From Antedon mediterranea (lineage: Eukaryota; Animalia; Echinodermata): a stretch of 64,000 nt of DNA. The position numbers and the translations under genes are program-made. Below, piece by piece: positions 38,201 to 53,200 of this stretch; within the stretch, counting starts at the first letter, position 1, and each line of letters starts with the position of its first letter. The stretch is from the NCBI RefSeq assembly GCF_964355755.1, contig NC_092675.1, forward strand, positions 24,586,912 to 24,650,911, read 5' to 3'. Under the pieces are notes generated by a model. It ran no database searches, was not told the origin of the DNA, and saw nothing but the letters and a program-made list of their open reading frames with translations.

Positions 38201-41200
38201 AATAATAATAATACCAAAGTGCAAAATCTCTCGTGAAGACAAAATGTTTCCGTAATGATTAATTTTTTGTTGACCTATGATACAATAAACATGCAATGAT
38301 TCGACATATGAATGTATATACCTGTACTGCAATTACACGCCGAACACCAGTTTCTCTTGTTGTTGCGCTTACCCAAGTTAGTTAGTTTGCATCGATATTC
38401 ATTTCGGTCGTGTAATACTTAGGTTCTATAAGGCTCATGGTTATTCCCAAGACTTTTTGACCGGAATTTTTTGTCCTGAAAATTCCGCCCCATCTTTCCT
38501 ATGATATTATCCCCCGGACCTTCACACTAGCATCATATTTAAATCACACTTATTCAGAAAAAATTAACCCACTCTTTTTAGTTCCTCTTCGATAGATGGA
38601 GAAGAATACCAGGTAATAGAGTAATTATTCCCTTTGTTGTTTGAGTAGGTAAGGTCTAAATGGAGGTTCACAGAAAAACAAAAAATAATATTCTCACTTC
38701 CTGACCGGATTGTAAATTTCAATTTCGAGACAATTGCATGTTGTGGTTTTACCGCCCTCAATCCGTGACACAGGTTTAAAATATCTCCTTAATACATTGC
38801 TTTATGATTTTGGCAAGAGTGGAATGGAAAAAAAATGTAACATGGCGTCATGTAGTATTTGGGTTCATAGTAATTTGATTTGTAACGCATTACTGCTAAG
38901 ACGACACTTGTCTTCAGAAAGCTTATGCTTGAAAATCGATACATACAAGACTCCAGAGGGCAGTGAGCGACAGTACTTATATAATTGTTTTCTCACTTTC
39001 ATTCAATAAATCATGCATAATTGCTATCATTTTGACGCTGCATTGCAAAACATTTTTTTAATGCTTAATTAATATTGCAGAAATAGAATATCAACTGGCC
39101 ATTTAGAAAAATGAATTAGAGATTACTGTTCTAATATTCCTGCAGTGATAAAACCGCATATTAAATTAATAATGTGGAAACAGTCAGAATTAACGTTAAA
39201 CTCTCTGAAACACTCAATCAATTAACAAATCCAATAAATTAATTAATAAATAAATCAATCAATCAATCAAATAAATAAATGCTATGTTTTATTGGTTTAC
39301 AAATATTAAGACCAGAGCAGTAAATAAGTTTATCGATGATAATTTTATTAGTACATCATCGTAAATGCTGTATAAAAGCCGAATGTAGCTGTAAGACGCC
39401 GCAAGTAATGTTGACAATGTACAAATAAGATTAAAATATCATTAGCCATTAGTGACAATCAGTTTACAAATTAAGACCAAAGCTCCAAGCATGCTTATAA
39501 TAAATTAGCACATCATCAAAACCAATAGAAATTTAGCTGTGAGTCGTCACAAGATATGTTTTTTATGAATAGGATTAAAATATCATTAGACAAAATTACT
39601 AAATTCAATAATTTTAAATCCTATTTAATTTATGATTACATTTGCTGAATTATCACCGTCAAAGAACACTTCTCGAGTATTGATTAAGAAGTTCACTTTA
39701 AATATAATCAGACCTTTAAGAACGAGAAAACACTAGAAGCGTTTTCATAGTAATTTGAGATGATGTTCGCTTATACTCTTGTTTGTTGCCAAAGTGTAGG
39801 CGGTTAGTACGGTTTAAACTAGGACCTATAATCAATTCTGATAGAAATGATGATTGACTGAAAAGAAAATGGGAGAGCGCATAACACACATAGTGAAGTA
39901 GAACATCGTTAAACCGGCGTTTTAGGCTAATACCGTTTCCCAACAATCGATAACATAAAACAACAATTAAACATGACCTTATTAAAGGAGTGAGAAACGC
40001 AATGTGCTTTACTGCGTACTGAAAAGTCCTAAATAAATTATAAATGTCATTTTGAGTACAATAGGCCTAACAGGGATGAGCAACACCAATTACATAACAG
40101 CACCATGTCGTCATCTACCGTATTTATAGATGATGTGTGGTTCTTTCAGGGTGTCGATATAATTCGCGGTGGTAGTAGGGAGAGGTTGTCGGAGAGGTTG
40201 TCAAAGAGGTAGGCCTACCTACCTTGTGTGTAAATCGAGACCTCTTTTAGAAAGAGGTGTAGAAACAGAAATGGATCACTGGTAGAACAAACCCGTTACG
40301 CTACTCACATACCTTCAAACCATGGAGGTAAAATATTCAAAAATCAAAAACAATTACATCAAAACTAATGTAATGGGTCTACTTTTACGAGAATTTATAG
40401 GAATTCAATCATTGTAATAGGAGTCATATAACTTAACAATGGAGACTATGTGTGATAGATTTACATAAACTAATTCTACGCTCTATACTTACAGAAGATA
40501 ATAATCCTATTTGAAGACTATTAAATCCCATGTAACATGTCAACGATGGCCCAATTACCGATATCATTCCTACGTCACACGCCGTAGCCATCTACAATAC
40601 AAAAATATATACATAACATCAATTATATTGTGTACAGGCCTAAACCTGAATATGAATAGTGACCACAAGAAACTGTAAATAATATGGATGACAATGGTTG
40701 GGATATTTAAATAGAAAATGCGACCAGTTAAATAGAAAAGAAAATTAAAAAATGTGTTGATTGAGAAGAAAAAGCAAGAATAATGACAGTGATAAAAAGA
40801 AACATGGAATAGAGTATACAAAACACAAACACAAACTGGATTGGCTGAAATAATGGAGATGGGGATGACAATAATAGTGAAAATGACAAAGATGCCGGAA
40901 TGACTAAACAAACCTACCAGAGAAATGTTTAAAAACAATTTGGAAGATTTAGGATGACTATAACAAGGCATTTAATAAAAAGGCAAATTGCCTTAAAATT
41001 TAAATGTGACATGTTTCGAGAAACTATTCTCATCATCAGAACAGTAAACAACGCCTATAGTGCTTATATACCAATAGGAAGATACACGGCGGAAAATACT
41101 AAAGAATGTGGCAGATATACATTATTGGTGGGGTTGTGGCAGAGAAAAACACTGGTGAGAATGACATGAGATGAGATGAGCTGCGGGTTGGATTGACAAC

Positions 41201-44200
41201 TGCAAGAGATGGAATAGTAATTTGTATAACTTGATGAGAAGGTAGTTTTCGATGTGGTACAGTAGTAATGTACAACTGTAAGAAAATATAGGGATTATGG
41301 AGGTGACAACAAACAATGATATCATAAATTATATGGCATTAACCACTTTATATTATGTAATACAATAAGTAATTTGTGTTAATATATGTCATCTATGTTT
41401 TACCAATATACACGTTTAAATGATGGTTTTTCTGTGTTTGTGTGTTGTCCAGTTCGGTCGCTAGAGTAACACAAATAATATTTATGAAGATGTGTGTTAT
41501 GCCTAGGCCTATACTTCTAACTGTGAACCTTAATTATTATATGGATCTTTCATTGTACAACTACTCTCCCTTTCTATCTCACACAAATCAATTTGCAATA
41601 CTTGTATTAAATATTCACTCCAAGTAAGGAATGATTTTACAAACAAAGCACTGATAATGACTGCAATTCATGGTTTACTTCTTCCACCGAGCGTGTGCTG
41701 TTAGTGAGTTGGCGCCATTGTTGTAAAAAAATCGATTCGACTTAAAACGTTAAGAAGTAATAATATATGTAAAATACTAAATATGTTTTATGGACAGATG
41801 CAGCTGTTTTGATAGCTAAAACAACCCCGTTTCTATTAACACAGACATTTATTTTATGGCTTCAATTACACTGATGGCTTATTGTGGACTGTTTTACATT
41901 ATTTTTACTATCATCTTTGGAGATTCGTCACAAAATCAATAATCATATTCTCCTATAATGTACCCACTTCTATTAAACAAATTGGCATGGCATATTCACA
42001 AACAAAACATGGGTTGCGCTCTCTCCATTATAAAGATTGCTATTATTACTAAATATTTGTCAAATATTAAATAAGTAGGTAGGGTAATACAAATATAGTA
42101 AATATTAATTGATAATGAAATTGAAAATAAAAGGTTAAAAAATGGACCATCAGCATATTAAGCAAATAAAGTCCGCATTTTGCATTGCATACAGACAGTT
42201 TTGAAAGAGCTTATCTTCGATATAGGCCTATATTAACAGTACATTACTTTTAAACCATGATTGTTACCTTCCTTTGTTTACGATAATCGAACACATTTTT
42301 TTACAAATAAATCTATTCACAAGTTAAACATAAGAATTTTAATATTAGCCGAATTGCAATATACCATTGCTGTAATCTTTCATCTAGGTTAGACAGTAAT
42401 TATGATAATAACATGCTGCAACTTTCGGCGACATCAAATACAGTACCTTGGAAATTAACATCAGGCATAGAAACTGCAATATTAAATTTCATGACTTTTT
42501 CAGACTGCGTTTTCGTTTAGCTCGGACATAATGTTTTAAGAGAAGGCTGTCACTTAAAAAATATTTTTGAATTGAATATTGTAAGACTTTATAAATACAA
42601 AACTTCCAATACAAAACCGTATTTGCCAATCGCTTTGATTAAGGCCTTAAAGTATATATTAAATAAATATAAAAGTATAAACCAAATGAAACGGAGTTTA
42701 ATATTATTGTTATGAACAAAATCATTGATATAATTTAATAAAAAAAACCGTTGTATTTGAGTATCAACAGCAAACCAGGGATACGTAATTTACTTGTCAC
42801 TGTTTACTAAATACCGAACTCATTGAGTATTCTTCTAATAGAAAGAATTTTAATCAAACATTCATAAAAAAGTTTTTCTATCAAATTTGAGTTAATGTTT
42901 ACCGACCGACCGACATAGTGAGTTGTAGAGTCGCGTTTTCACGCGACTAAAAATGTGTTTTGGAATAGGCCTTATAACTGTTATTAAATTAACCCTGTAA
43001 TTTTTATAGCGCAATTATCTTTTCATTTTGTAGTTTGGGCCTATAGTATTGTTAAAATTGTCATTCGCAAGAAAATAAAGTGCAATTGATTGTTTTTGTT
43101 CTACATCCATGTCTGTTTATAGGTCGCTAATGGCTGATACTAGAGACTAGTAACGAGAGACATGAAACTCAAAAAGGCTACATTACAATGTTTAATTTTG
43201 CAAGACACATGCTCGAAGGCACTACTGTCAATGTATGTTTATTTAGCTCAGAAGAGGAACTCGATACTGTATTAGCTTGTTGGTGGACTTTATTATAGGC
43301 TATATCAAAAGTCGATAATGACAAGTAATGATATGAGACATTTTTGATGAGAATAACTTTCAATGGGATGTTGAAGATATTATGGGATATTATATACATT
43401 TTACTATGCACATGTAGCCTGACAACATCTATTTGTAATAAGACACACTACTGATAGTAGGCCTACAGTATACAAAATGTGTGATTTTTAAAACTACTTC
43501 ACTGAATCAAAATTATACGATGAAGGTATTATTAATATTATGACTGTTGTGTAAATATCTATTAGAAAATTACGGTTTAATGTTTATGTCTATGAGTCGT
43601 TTTAGTAGGTAGGCCTATTGTATTATTATTTGTTATGTATTTTGTTCGTAATGTTAGCTAACTGTGTATATAGGCCTACACTGGTTTTGTTGACATTAAT
43701 AGTGCATTATATTTAGGCCCATCATTACATAATTAGATAAAATATACAATATAATTCAGTGCTTAAATTACTAGATTTATTATTCACAGAAAGTGCTATT
43801 CGAAACCATCATATAAACATTGCGCGATATAGTTACATGTCCAATACAATTAACCGAGAACAATATTTGGACAATTTATTAAGTTTGTTTTCTAAAACAA
43901 TAGTAGATGCTTTCACTATCACTCATTTGATATCAAATAATATTGACTTAAATTTAAAACAGTTAATACATCATAAATCAATCTTATTTTACAACATTTG
44001 CCATTTACGATAATCAATAATTAATATCATGACGTCACGTTATGGATTTGATAATAAATGTAGTGTTATTTTGAATTATAAAACTGTATGAAAAATCAAT
44101 TCTTCAACTAGCCGAACGGAAATGAAAAACACGAGCAAAAATCAACCTGAATGGCAATATCGTTTAGTTTCATTTCGTCCTTATTTCAGTATATTAATGG

Positions 44201-47200
44201 AAATTTTTAATTAAATATTTTATTATTTGCAATGATGGTCTTATTTATTGAAGATATAGGCCTATATAACAAAGCAAATTGTGTCGAATATCAAACTTAC
44301 CCAAAGATAAATATAGTACAATGATGAAGAAAACAAACGGAAAAGCAGAAACTCGATCTAAACCAACGAGCTATTATTATGTCTAAATAATGTGAGACAG
44401 TAAAGATGTGAACAAAAAAAATATTGATTTTCATGCTTTTTGAGCAGAAAAATATAATATGAAAAATTACTGAAAATGTATGCGGTGTTTTTACAGGAAA
44501 GTAACGTGCATGATATTGTTTGGAGTTTTGTTTTTGTTCTAGGTCTAAAGGCTAATATAGCTAATTGATTGCTTAAAAAATAATGCTATGATGGGCAAGC
44601 CCAGCCGACTGACCCAAACATTATATAGCAGTGATTGAAAGTTGAAATTACATGCATATGTTCATTTTATAGAGTACCCTATTTAAAAAAGCTAATACCG
44701 TTCACAAAATCATCTAAAAAAAATGAGAAGAAAGTAAAAGCACTCAGGAATTGAGCGACAGAGGGCGTGTTATTTTATATTTCATCTTATATTGAAGATA
44801 CAGTTAACTCGAGATTTCACTATAATAAGCTTTTGTGAAATCACCACTAATAAATAAATTTTCAAGAAAAAAAGAAGGCATATTCTGAAATTATATCTCT
44901 ATTAAGATTCAGAACGATAACTTAAACATTACCTATGGACCACTTAAATAATTTAGGCCTCACTTTATTCAACAAAAAGAATTATTGTATACAAAATAAT
45001 AATGTAATATTGTCAAACTTGATTAAGAGGAAAACTATAGTCAGGATAATTTTAATTACTGATTTTAAAAGTAAGAGACATGGCAAAACTAACGCAAAGT
45101 CTGGAAATAATTAATAGTTTTCATTATTTTAATGTACAATCCATTACAGGTTGTTATTGATATTAAAAAAAGGTTCAAATTCTGAGTCACTTAAGATTGG
45201 GTTCACTTTAGTTAGAAGTAGAAAGGGCAAATGTACCAGAATAGAACGAAGCAAAAGGTTATGTTGTAATATATGAATTATTTGTTATTTTGTTATTATT
45301 TGCTCTAGTTGTCAAGAAATTATAAATAGATTTATACCGAAATCTAGTAAAGAAATGTCTTCGAACACTAACAGTTACAAATTAATTTAATACTGCAACA
45401 ATACGCCTAATTGTTTATGTAAATAACTGATTTATTATTTATGACCGCATACACTCTGCAGTTTTTAAGTTTAGTTAATAGGCCAAAGTTTTGAAAAAGT
45501 TTTAAAGCGCCTAGTCAGTGAATAAAATTATGTTATTTGCGCATAAAAAGTAAAATGATTCCATTTTTTAAATTGTGTATGTTGTCGTCAGTTTCACACG
45601 TGTGTTATAATCCTTTTGATGTTTGATGTTCATAACACGATACAGAGACCTGTTGGTTTGACAACCCGTATTTCAAGTTTTCGTTATTTGTAAAACACTT
45701 GAGGCCACACCGTTTCTTTACTTACGTAGGTTAAACCGACCAAACAAAGGAACTTGATATGGAAGCGACCGAAGTCAATGTGGTTGATGGCATCATCAAG
45801 TTTATATGATGAGTCGACCGGGTCATCTGCAATATAAAAAAATAAAGAATATATGTTATTAAGATAATGAGTATATATTAAACACTGGCAGTGATTGCAC
45901 CTGCCACCAAGATGTGTTCCATTTTGTCTTTTCCTTTTTCTTCCTTCAACCCAATTTATGCAATACTTTGTTTGAAAAAAGCAGCATTGTTCGGTTTAAG
46001 TTATTATAAAATCAACATTTACAAAAGTCGTGTAAGAAGCACAATACAATGGTGATGTTAAAATTAAACCGGTGGGGTTGACACGACTATATCGTTTGAT
46101 TATATTAGCGAGTAAGGTTGTTTACATATAAAATATCAGTCACTTCCATTGCTACCAAAGCAAATAATTAATAATGACAACGATTTAATCAATATTGTTT
46201 CTGTACTTGTCATTCCGCCAGCAAGACCATAAGATTGAAGATTGTAATTGAACAAAGCAAATGCATCGACACTGAGAATACTAAGAATGGATAACAATAA
46301 TTGAACATTTTGAATAGCCGACTAGATTGAATCTGTAATTGGAAGACACTATAGTACAATGAATGAATACAATGAAAATGGATACAAAATAAGATGTGTT
46401 GAAACTAGATTGAAACATAACAAAATCAAGGCACACACCGTAAACCAATTATGGAAGGAATGATTGTAGAGTAATATTTTAATGAAAACTACGTCAATCA
46501 GTCCACGGAGTTACTGTATATCCTCCGTCGTATGATACCTATATATTATTTTTGTAGTCCTACTCACATAATTCAACAGGGAGCTTTCTTCGGGACGGGT
46601 AGAGCGGTTACAGTAAAAAATTCGGAATTCTCTCCAATGACAGATTTATTTTAGTATACAGGCCTAGCCTAGCCCCACAATGCAAGTAATTACCATGCAT
46701 ACACGTGCTCTAAATGCATAAATTCTATCATTATTAATTCATCATCACCGTTTCACCCGCTAATCGAGGTACATGCGGATCTGATTATATGTACTCTCGT
46801 CATTCGAGTATCATCATTATTATGACTATCATTATTCAAAATTATATTATCATCCAAATCATAAATCATATTAATAATTATCATTTATCACATCAATATT
46901 CCCATCTAATAATTAGGCCTATCATAATTATCACCATTCACTATTACTATTATTATCTCCATCATCAGTTACATGTATAATTATTATTTTTATATCCATG
47001 GTATTTTATCATTATTATTTAACAGACATTTTCATGGGTTATTAAACCTATTAAAGGCCGCATACACTTTAAGAGATGAAATTCGACTACATATGCATTT
47101 TTAAATTTGTAGGATACTTCAACTTAAATGAAATCAAACCGAAGAAACCGAATCATTAGTATAATGTTTTGGCGGGATTTGCAGAATATCGATCGCGCAA

Positions 47201-50200
47201 CAGTGTTATTAATACTGAGTACCTGTCATTGTAATGAGTCACATTGAAGTGTGACGTCACATTAAACGTAGTCGTGTCACAATTTAACGTCCATGGCAAG
47301 AGACTAATAGGTAATACTTTACCTGTAAATCAAGGAATGTTTAATCACGAGTAGAAAACAAGTACCGGCATATTACAATTTATTCACAAAACCCAATAGA
47401 TTTTGTTCAGACTAACTGACCGGACTCCTAAAAAAATGTCTGATATTTTATTTATTTTTTTTAATTTTATGTCTTTAGGCAATGTGGTAAGAAGTAAAAA
47501 GGTTTAGTGAAATAGAACAAACACAATGGAAAAAGACATTCAGTTCATAAAATACATTATAAGCATGACAACATACTGTTATGTTATGTTATGTTATGTT
47601 ATGTTATGTGTGTTTGTAGTGTGGTACGTTTGAAGTAATTCACATTATCGGAGATACAACAAATATATAATGGAAGGTAACATAACATTAATATATAATC
47701 TGTACATTAAGTACATATTTAATCATGTATAGTATGTGAAAAAGTATCATTTTCCTTGATCCAAATGGTAGGCCTATGATATTGTTCCAGTAACTAATGC
47801 TGACTGTAAAGTTTGGCAATAATTCAATAAAACCTAAACCTCAATTAAAATAATGTAAAAACGCGGATATCTTTTACAGGATAAAAATGAAAGTTTAAAT
47901 TGATCATGATATCTAGCTATTAGACTTGACAGTCTTGAACAATGTTCACTTCGATCAATGTAGTATTTGTAATGAAAATTTACAAACGCCTTAGGAAATG
48001 CACATTCTTTTATAGATATTAGAATTCGCAATTACTTATGTTCTAAATATCATTTGGAAATTTGGAGGGGGAAAAGTCTATTAATTTTAGATTATATATT
48101 GTAATGAATCAGTAGTAGTAGGCCTATGGTCTAATGAATAATAAGAATAATGGCGGTTTATAATTACATTAAATGGGATCCAAGTGGCCTATAGAGTGCA
48201 TTAGTCTTTTCACTCTGAAAATGCAGATAATCTACCATTAAACCACTGATTATGCCAACACTAAAACAGACAAACATGCTGTGTGTAACAGTGGCTTGAT
48301 CCGAATTATAACACAAACTAAAGAACAAGTTAAATGATCTATTGGCATTGCAACAAGCTGAGTGATGTTATGCTGTACTGACGTACGTTCATTCATATGC
48401 ACGACATATAATTTGTTTATCTATCTTAAACGTGCTACTTGTTTAGTGTGTATTCATGATCTGTATTAGTAATAAAACTACATATAAAAGTATAAATCAA
48501 TACACAACAATGGTTTAATCATACATATTTAAAACTCCCAGTAGAGACAGAGATCTCATAAAGGCAATTGCACGTCAGAGCATGACATGAATTACTCAAG
48601 ACGATAAAAATATTATTACACTGTTATTTCAAATATCGTGTATTCGATTATTTTACTCCACGCAAAATACTTTTAGTCTTTTCAATAGTTCCTTCCGTAG
48701 GCCTAATGATTCCAGGTGATCGTCCCTCAGTCATTAAGGGCCGACACTGACTGGGCAGCACGACGCTCGTTTACTCCAGGCAACGAGATCATGACTCTTC
48801 TTTTCAGTGCCGTATGTTAGGTTGCAATTGACTTCAGTTAAAGAATGTTTATTACCGTAAATACGTATACACATCACTAATTGAAATTTGTGTAATAGCC
48901 CTTTGACGAGGGAGGTTTAAGGATCGCTGTGAAAAATGAAATCTGTAAGAGGGCCACGTGACAGATAGAACCAATAGTCAATAACAGTATTATACTACTC
49001 TGTAATGATTATTGATTAATGATGGTTACAATTCATGGTGATTCGAATTTATATTTAGACACAACATGAGGAAAGATACTAAATCATATTCTCACAAACA
49101 TAAACAATTTGACATACAACCGTTATTCATTTTGGCAAAACGTTTATGTCATTGCATTTTGTTGATGCAGTATATATTTCACAACCGGTATGTATATATG
49201 GGAATTATAGAATACTGTCACATTTATATTTATGATATAACTTAAAACAGATATAAATTGTGAGAATAATAATGATTACAATTGCAATTCATTACAATAA
49301 CTACACACTTGGCACGTACGTTAACACCCCATTACATAGAAATATACCAAGATTATCGAAGTTATCCTAATAATTTGACTAAAAGCTACAATAAGTCCGT
49401 CTCTTGTTAATTATGCTTGAAGTAAAAGAAAGCATTACGATCTAATCAAACACTGATAATGGATCTCACAGAAAAGAATCGTTTAAGTCTGTTTTTTCAA
49501 CAACTTGTAAATCCGTTCTCTTTAGCTGCTGGCAAATCAATACTAAAGGATATGAAAGAAAAAGTTGGAAACTTTAACATGCACACAATGAATGCGATGA
49601 TGATCTCAATGCAATTACCATTGAAAATATTCACTGTTAGACCTATTATAATATAACACCAGTATAATCATTGATGATAACTTTTGCATTATTTGTTTAG
49701 AAAACAATGCATTTTGTTTTACATTTATTTATCATATAGCCTAGTAGTATACGTAGGCCTAACTAGATCTAATGTAAAGCTTGATTATTATTTTTACTTG
49801 AGGTACCAATATGCTATTAAGTAATACTAATATCTACTTTATGAACGCATTCAGTTACTTGTTGGAAAAAGGACAATTTTGTGTAAGGTTTTAAATGTTT
49901 GAACTCAATCCCTCACAATGTGAACCTATTACCTCACTATATTGCCGTCATGATAAAACAAACAAGCATTGGTTTTCTTATTAGCAATATTTTAATTTAC
50001 AGTACGTTGACTAGAAGACAATTTGGCTGATGACGTGGGACAAGTGTAGTTATAAAAAAATAAATATATTTATAAAATAGTAATTTTCAGTGACTTACAA
50101 TCTTTAATCGATTAACTATTTGTAAAACTTATTTTTCCTTCGATTTCTCTTGAAAGATGCCTCAAATAGACATAGGTGTGCACAGCTTTGGTGATTCCAT

Positions 50201-53200
50201 TCTCATGTATATATCTAATTAATATTTTTTTACCAAGATGAGCATTTACAATTAAAATGAATACAATAAAAATAAAGGGTCTGGTCTGGTGGTTACACTA
50301 ACTCCTTTTAATCTAGGCCTTACAGTAATGTTAAATTCAACAATCTGAGTTCACGCAAGAAACATAAACGCACTTGGATTGAAAAACAAGCTGAAGAAAA
50401 ACCATCGGCGCAACTCAACTACGAGTTTAAAATAGTGGTAAAAAGCAACAAGAATTTTAATTGGCCTAGATAAATGTCAAGAGACGTTTGGAGGAGGCAG
50501 CTTCGTGTCAACGGGGTGCTTATCGTACTCAAATCTCTCATCCCAACCGGAGTTGATGTAATATGTAATTTGATTTTGGTTAGAAGAGCATTTATTTGGA
50601 TAATAATGCATACTTCAATACCTAGAGCACACTTTGTCCCATATAATTGAATTAATTTAAATTTCATAATATTTGGAAGCTATTGTTATGCATGACGTCA
50701 CAGAAACAAACATTCATTAAGTTCAAATGGAGCAAAGCAATACTGCGTATCTTTCCAGTCGTCTGATATTACATTTACATCGCCAAATAAATAATAAATA
50801 AATATTGATTGATTGATATTAGGTCCAATATAACATCTTTTAGACATTCTCTAATGGTTGGAATATCTAGTGGAACCAATTGGTATCTTTGGATAGAGAA
50901 GTGAAGAACTTGGACTCAAATTAAAAGAGGTGTCAGCCAGGTTGTGTAGGCATATTTTAACCTGTAACTCACATAGCTAGAGAAATGATTTTGTTGATGA
51001 AAATCCGGGTTTACATGACATCATAATAGGGATATTGTAGTAAGCAGAATACTGATATACCGTACATTTCCCTAAATGATGTAAAAGAGGAGATATGAGC
51101 AAACACCTGTATTTTATGGCGGCCATTTTGAAAATCTAAAATGGCGGCTTTTTCCAGGCCAGATGAGCTGGAATTTTATTTTGGTGGATATATAGACCCT
51201 ATATGACACAAATCAGTTGAGAAACACATTTTTTTAATTTCCCAGATTGGCCCTTTTAAGATAATATAATAGGGATACCGTACTTATTTCCAGTTTTGAA
51301 GTAGGTATACATAATAATTTAGAAAAGGTGATACAAGAAATGAAAGGAAATGTCTTAATTAAATTTTAAGAAGACAGAATGTATGGGATTCTCAAAGTGC
51401 CGATATAACCACACATGCACTTTAAGGATCGGAAATGAATAAATTGTGAAGTGAGATGTCTGGTATTGCAAACAATGCATTCGAGAAAATGGACAAAAGT
51501 TTAAATTTAATATGTTTATCCAATTCTAACGATATCCGAGTGTTTGGACCAAAAATAAAGCCTGAAAAGAGAATTACGAAGGAACTCCAACTGAATGTAA
51601 CTCAAAGTCTTTAAAGTTGCTGAGAATCGAACTATTTGGAAAGCTAACCTAACCTCCAACATTCTTGTCGAAAAATTGCGGCCAAAGAAGGCATAGGTCC
51701 GATCAGCAGTATTCAGCTTAACTATAGCCTGAAATACCAAAATACATAACAACAAATTTCACGACAACGACGGTTTTGTGAAATATGTACATTTTTGCCT
51801 GAAGGACCTTTTAGATCAGAGGTAATTTTATGAGTCAGCATTAATTAAGGTGACCTATCTAATTCTATACAAAAGGTATTTGACCAAAGTATGAACTCAA
51901 ATAATACTAAATAGAGATTGTAATGCCGAACAGGTAATCATTCATTTTATCTGCATTCTTAATTGAATTTTTAATTTTCAAAATAATGACTGTATGTCTA
52001 TATATCCTACAATAATAATATTGCTAAAACAAATTATCGGTAATGAATTAAACTCATGTGTCCACCTTTTGACGATTTGACAATTTGAGAGACGCATGAG
52101 GTAAATAGATGTATCAATATTTTGGTTTTACAATCTAAAATCTTTCACAGTTGGACATAATGTTGTTAAAATCACTCTGACGGCGTTTCAGACTTTCTTA
52201 ATATTGTCGATATCGATCGAATGATATCTCGGTTAGACTAGGCGTCAATTTCACATCTTCTTAAACGCTTCACAAAATAAAGCAACCACAGCTTTTACTT
52301 TGGGAACGCCAATTGAACCGTGTTGAAAACATTTAGTCGTAAATTCCAATTAAACCAACCAACGTAAGGTTATTAAATGGAAAGGGCAATTCATCTATTT
52401 GTATGCATAGAAGAGTAACTCGAGCGTTGTCTTTGCTGACATTAACAGCAACTCTAGATTACGCTAACCCGGGAGTCGATATTCTTGAGATAACAATAAT
52501 TTTAATAATTATCATTTTTATTTTCTAAATCTTCTCTGGTCAGTCTAACAACAATTACTTTAAAAAGATATTTCAAAATGATCGTGAATGATCTACTATC
52601 TCTATAGATTATTATCATTTCGGTTAAATCATTACAAAAAACAAAACAAAAAAATATCTAGGAGAATTTGTATGTGTTGATTGATTTACTGTAACTGTGT
52701 GATGAAATCTGTAAAAGTATAACGAAGATTAAGTTGTCTAATTTACTCAAACTCCAAGTACAGATGCATTTCTATGTAACATCCAGTACTGTCAATAATG
52801 TCACTATATGTGTTTCAACAAACAGCAATTGTAACTTAAGACGGTTGAAATCAAAATTAATTTCAAGTAATCTAGAGTAGAAATATATATTACAATCTAT
52901 TCTGTTATGATATTGATAAAGATTAATTTAAGGTCAAAAACCTGTCCTCCTGTCAATCAATATTCCTCAATAAATTTAAGATACTGTATTTTTCATTTCA
53001 TTTCAGAAATATTAATTTCTCTTTTCTTTTCTATGTACAGAGTTTGTGATAAACAAGAGCGGCGAAACCCAAAAAGCGAAACTTGTGGAGGGCTGCCAAA
53101 AATAAGATACAATTTAATATTAAAAAAAACCGAAAAAAAAAACCAAAGTAAAAAAATTAAACCGATTGAAAATATTTGGATGCTCTAAGAATCTCTTACA

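Noticed and set aside
38142-38425. Candidate missing SVOP exons near 38.1-38.4 kb
   Set aside because: Each candidate lacks an in-phase acceptor, contains a stop, or shows no similarity to SVOP.
46205-46321. Hydrophobic exon-like frame SAIQNVQLLLSILSILSVDAF on the minus strand
   Set aside because: It lies upstream of the exon it should follow, has weak splice signals and no clear homology.
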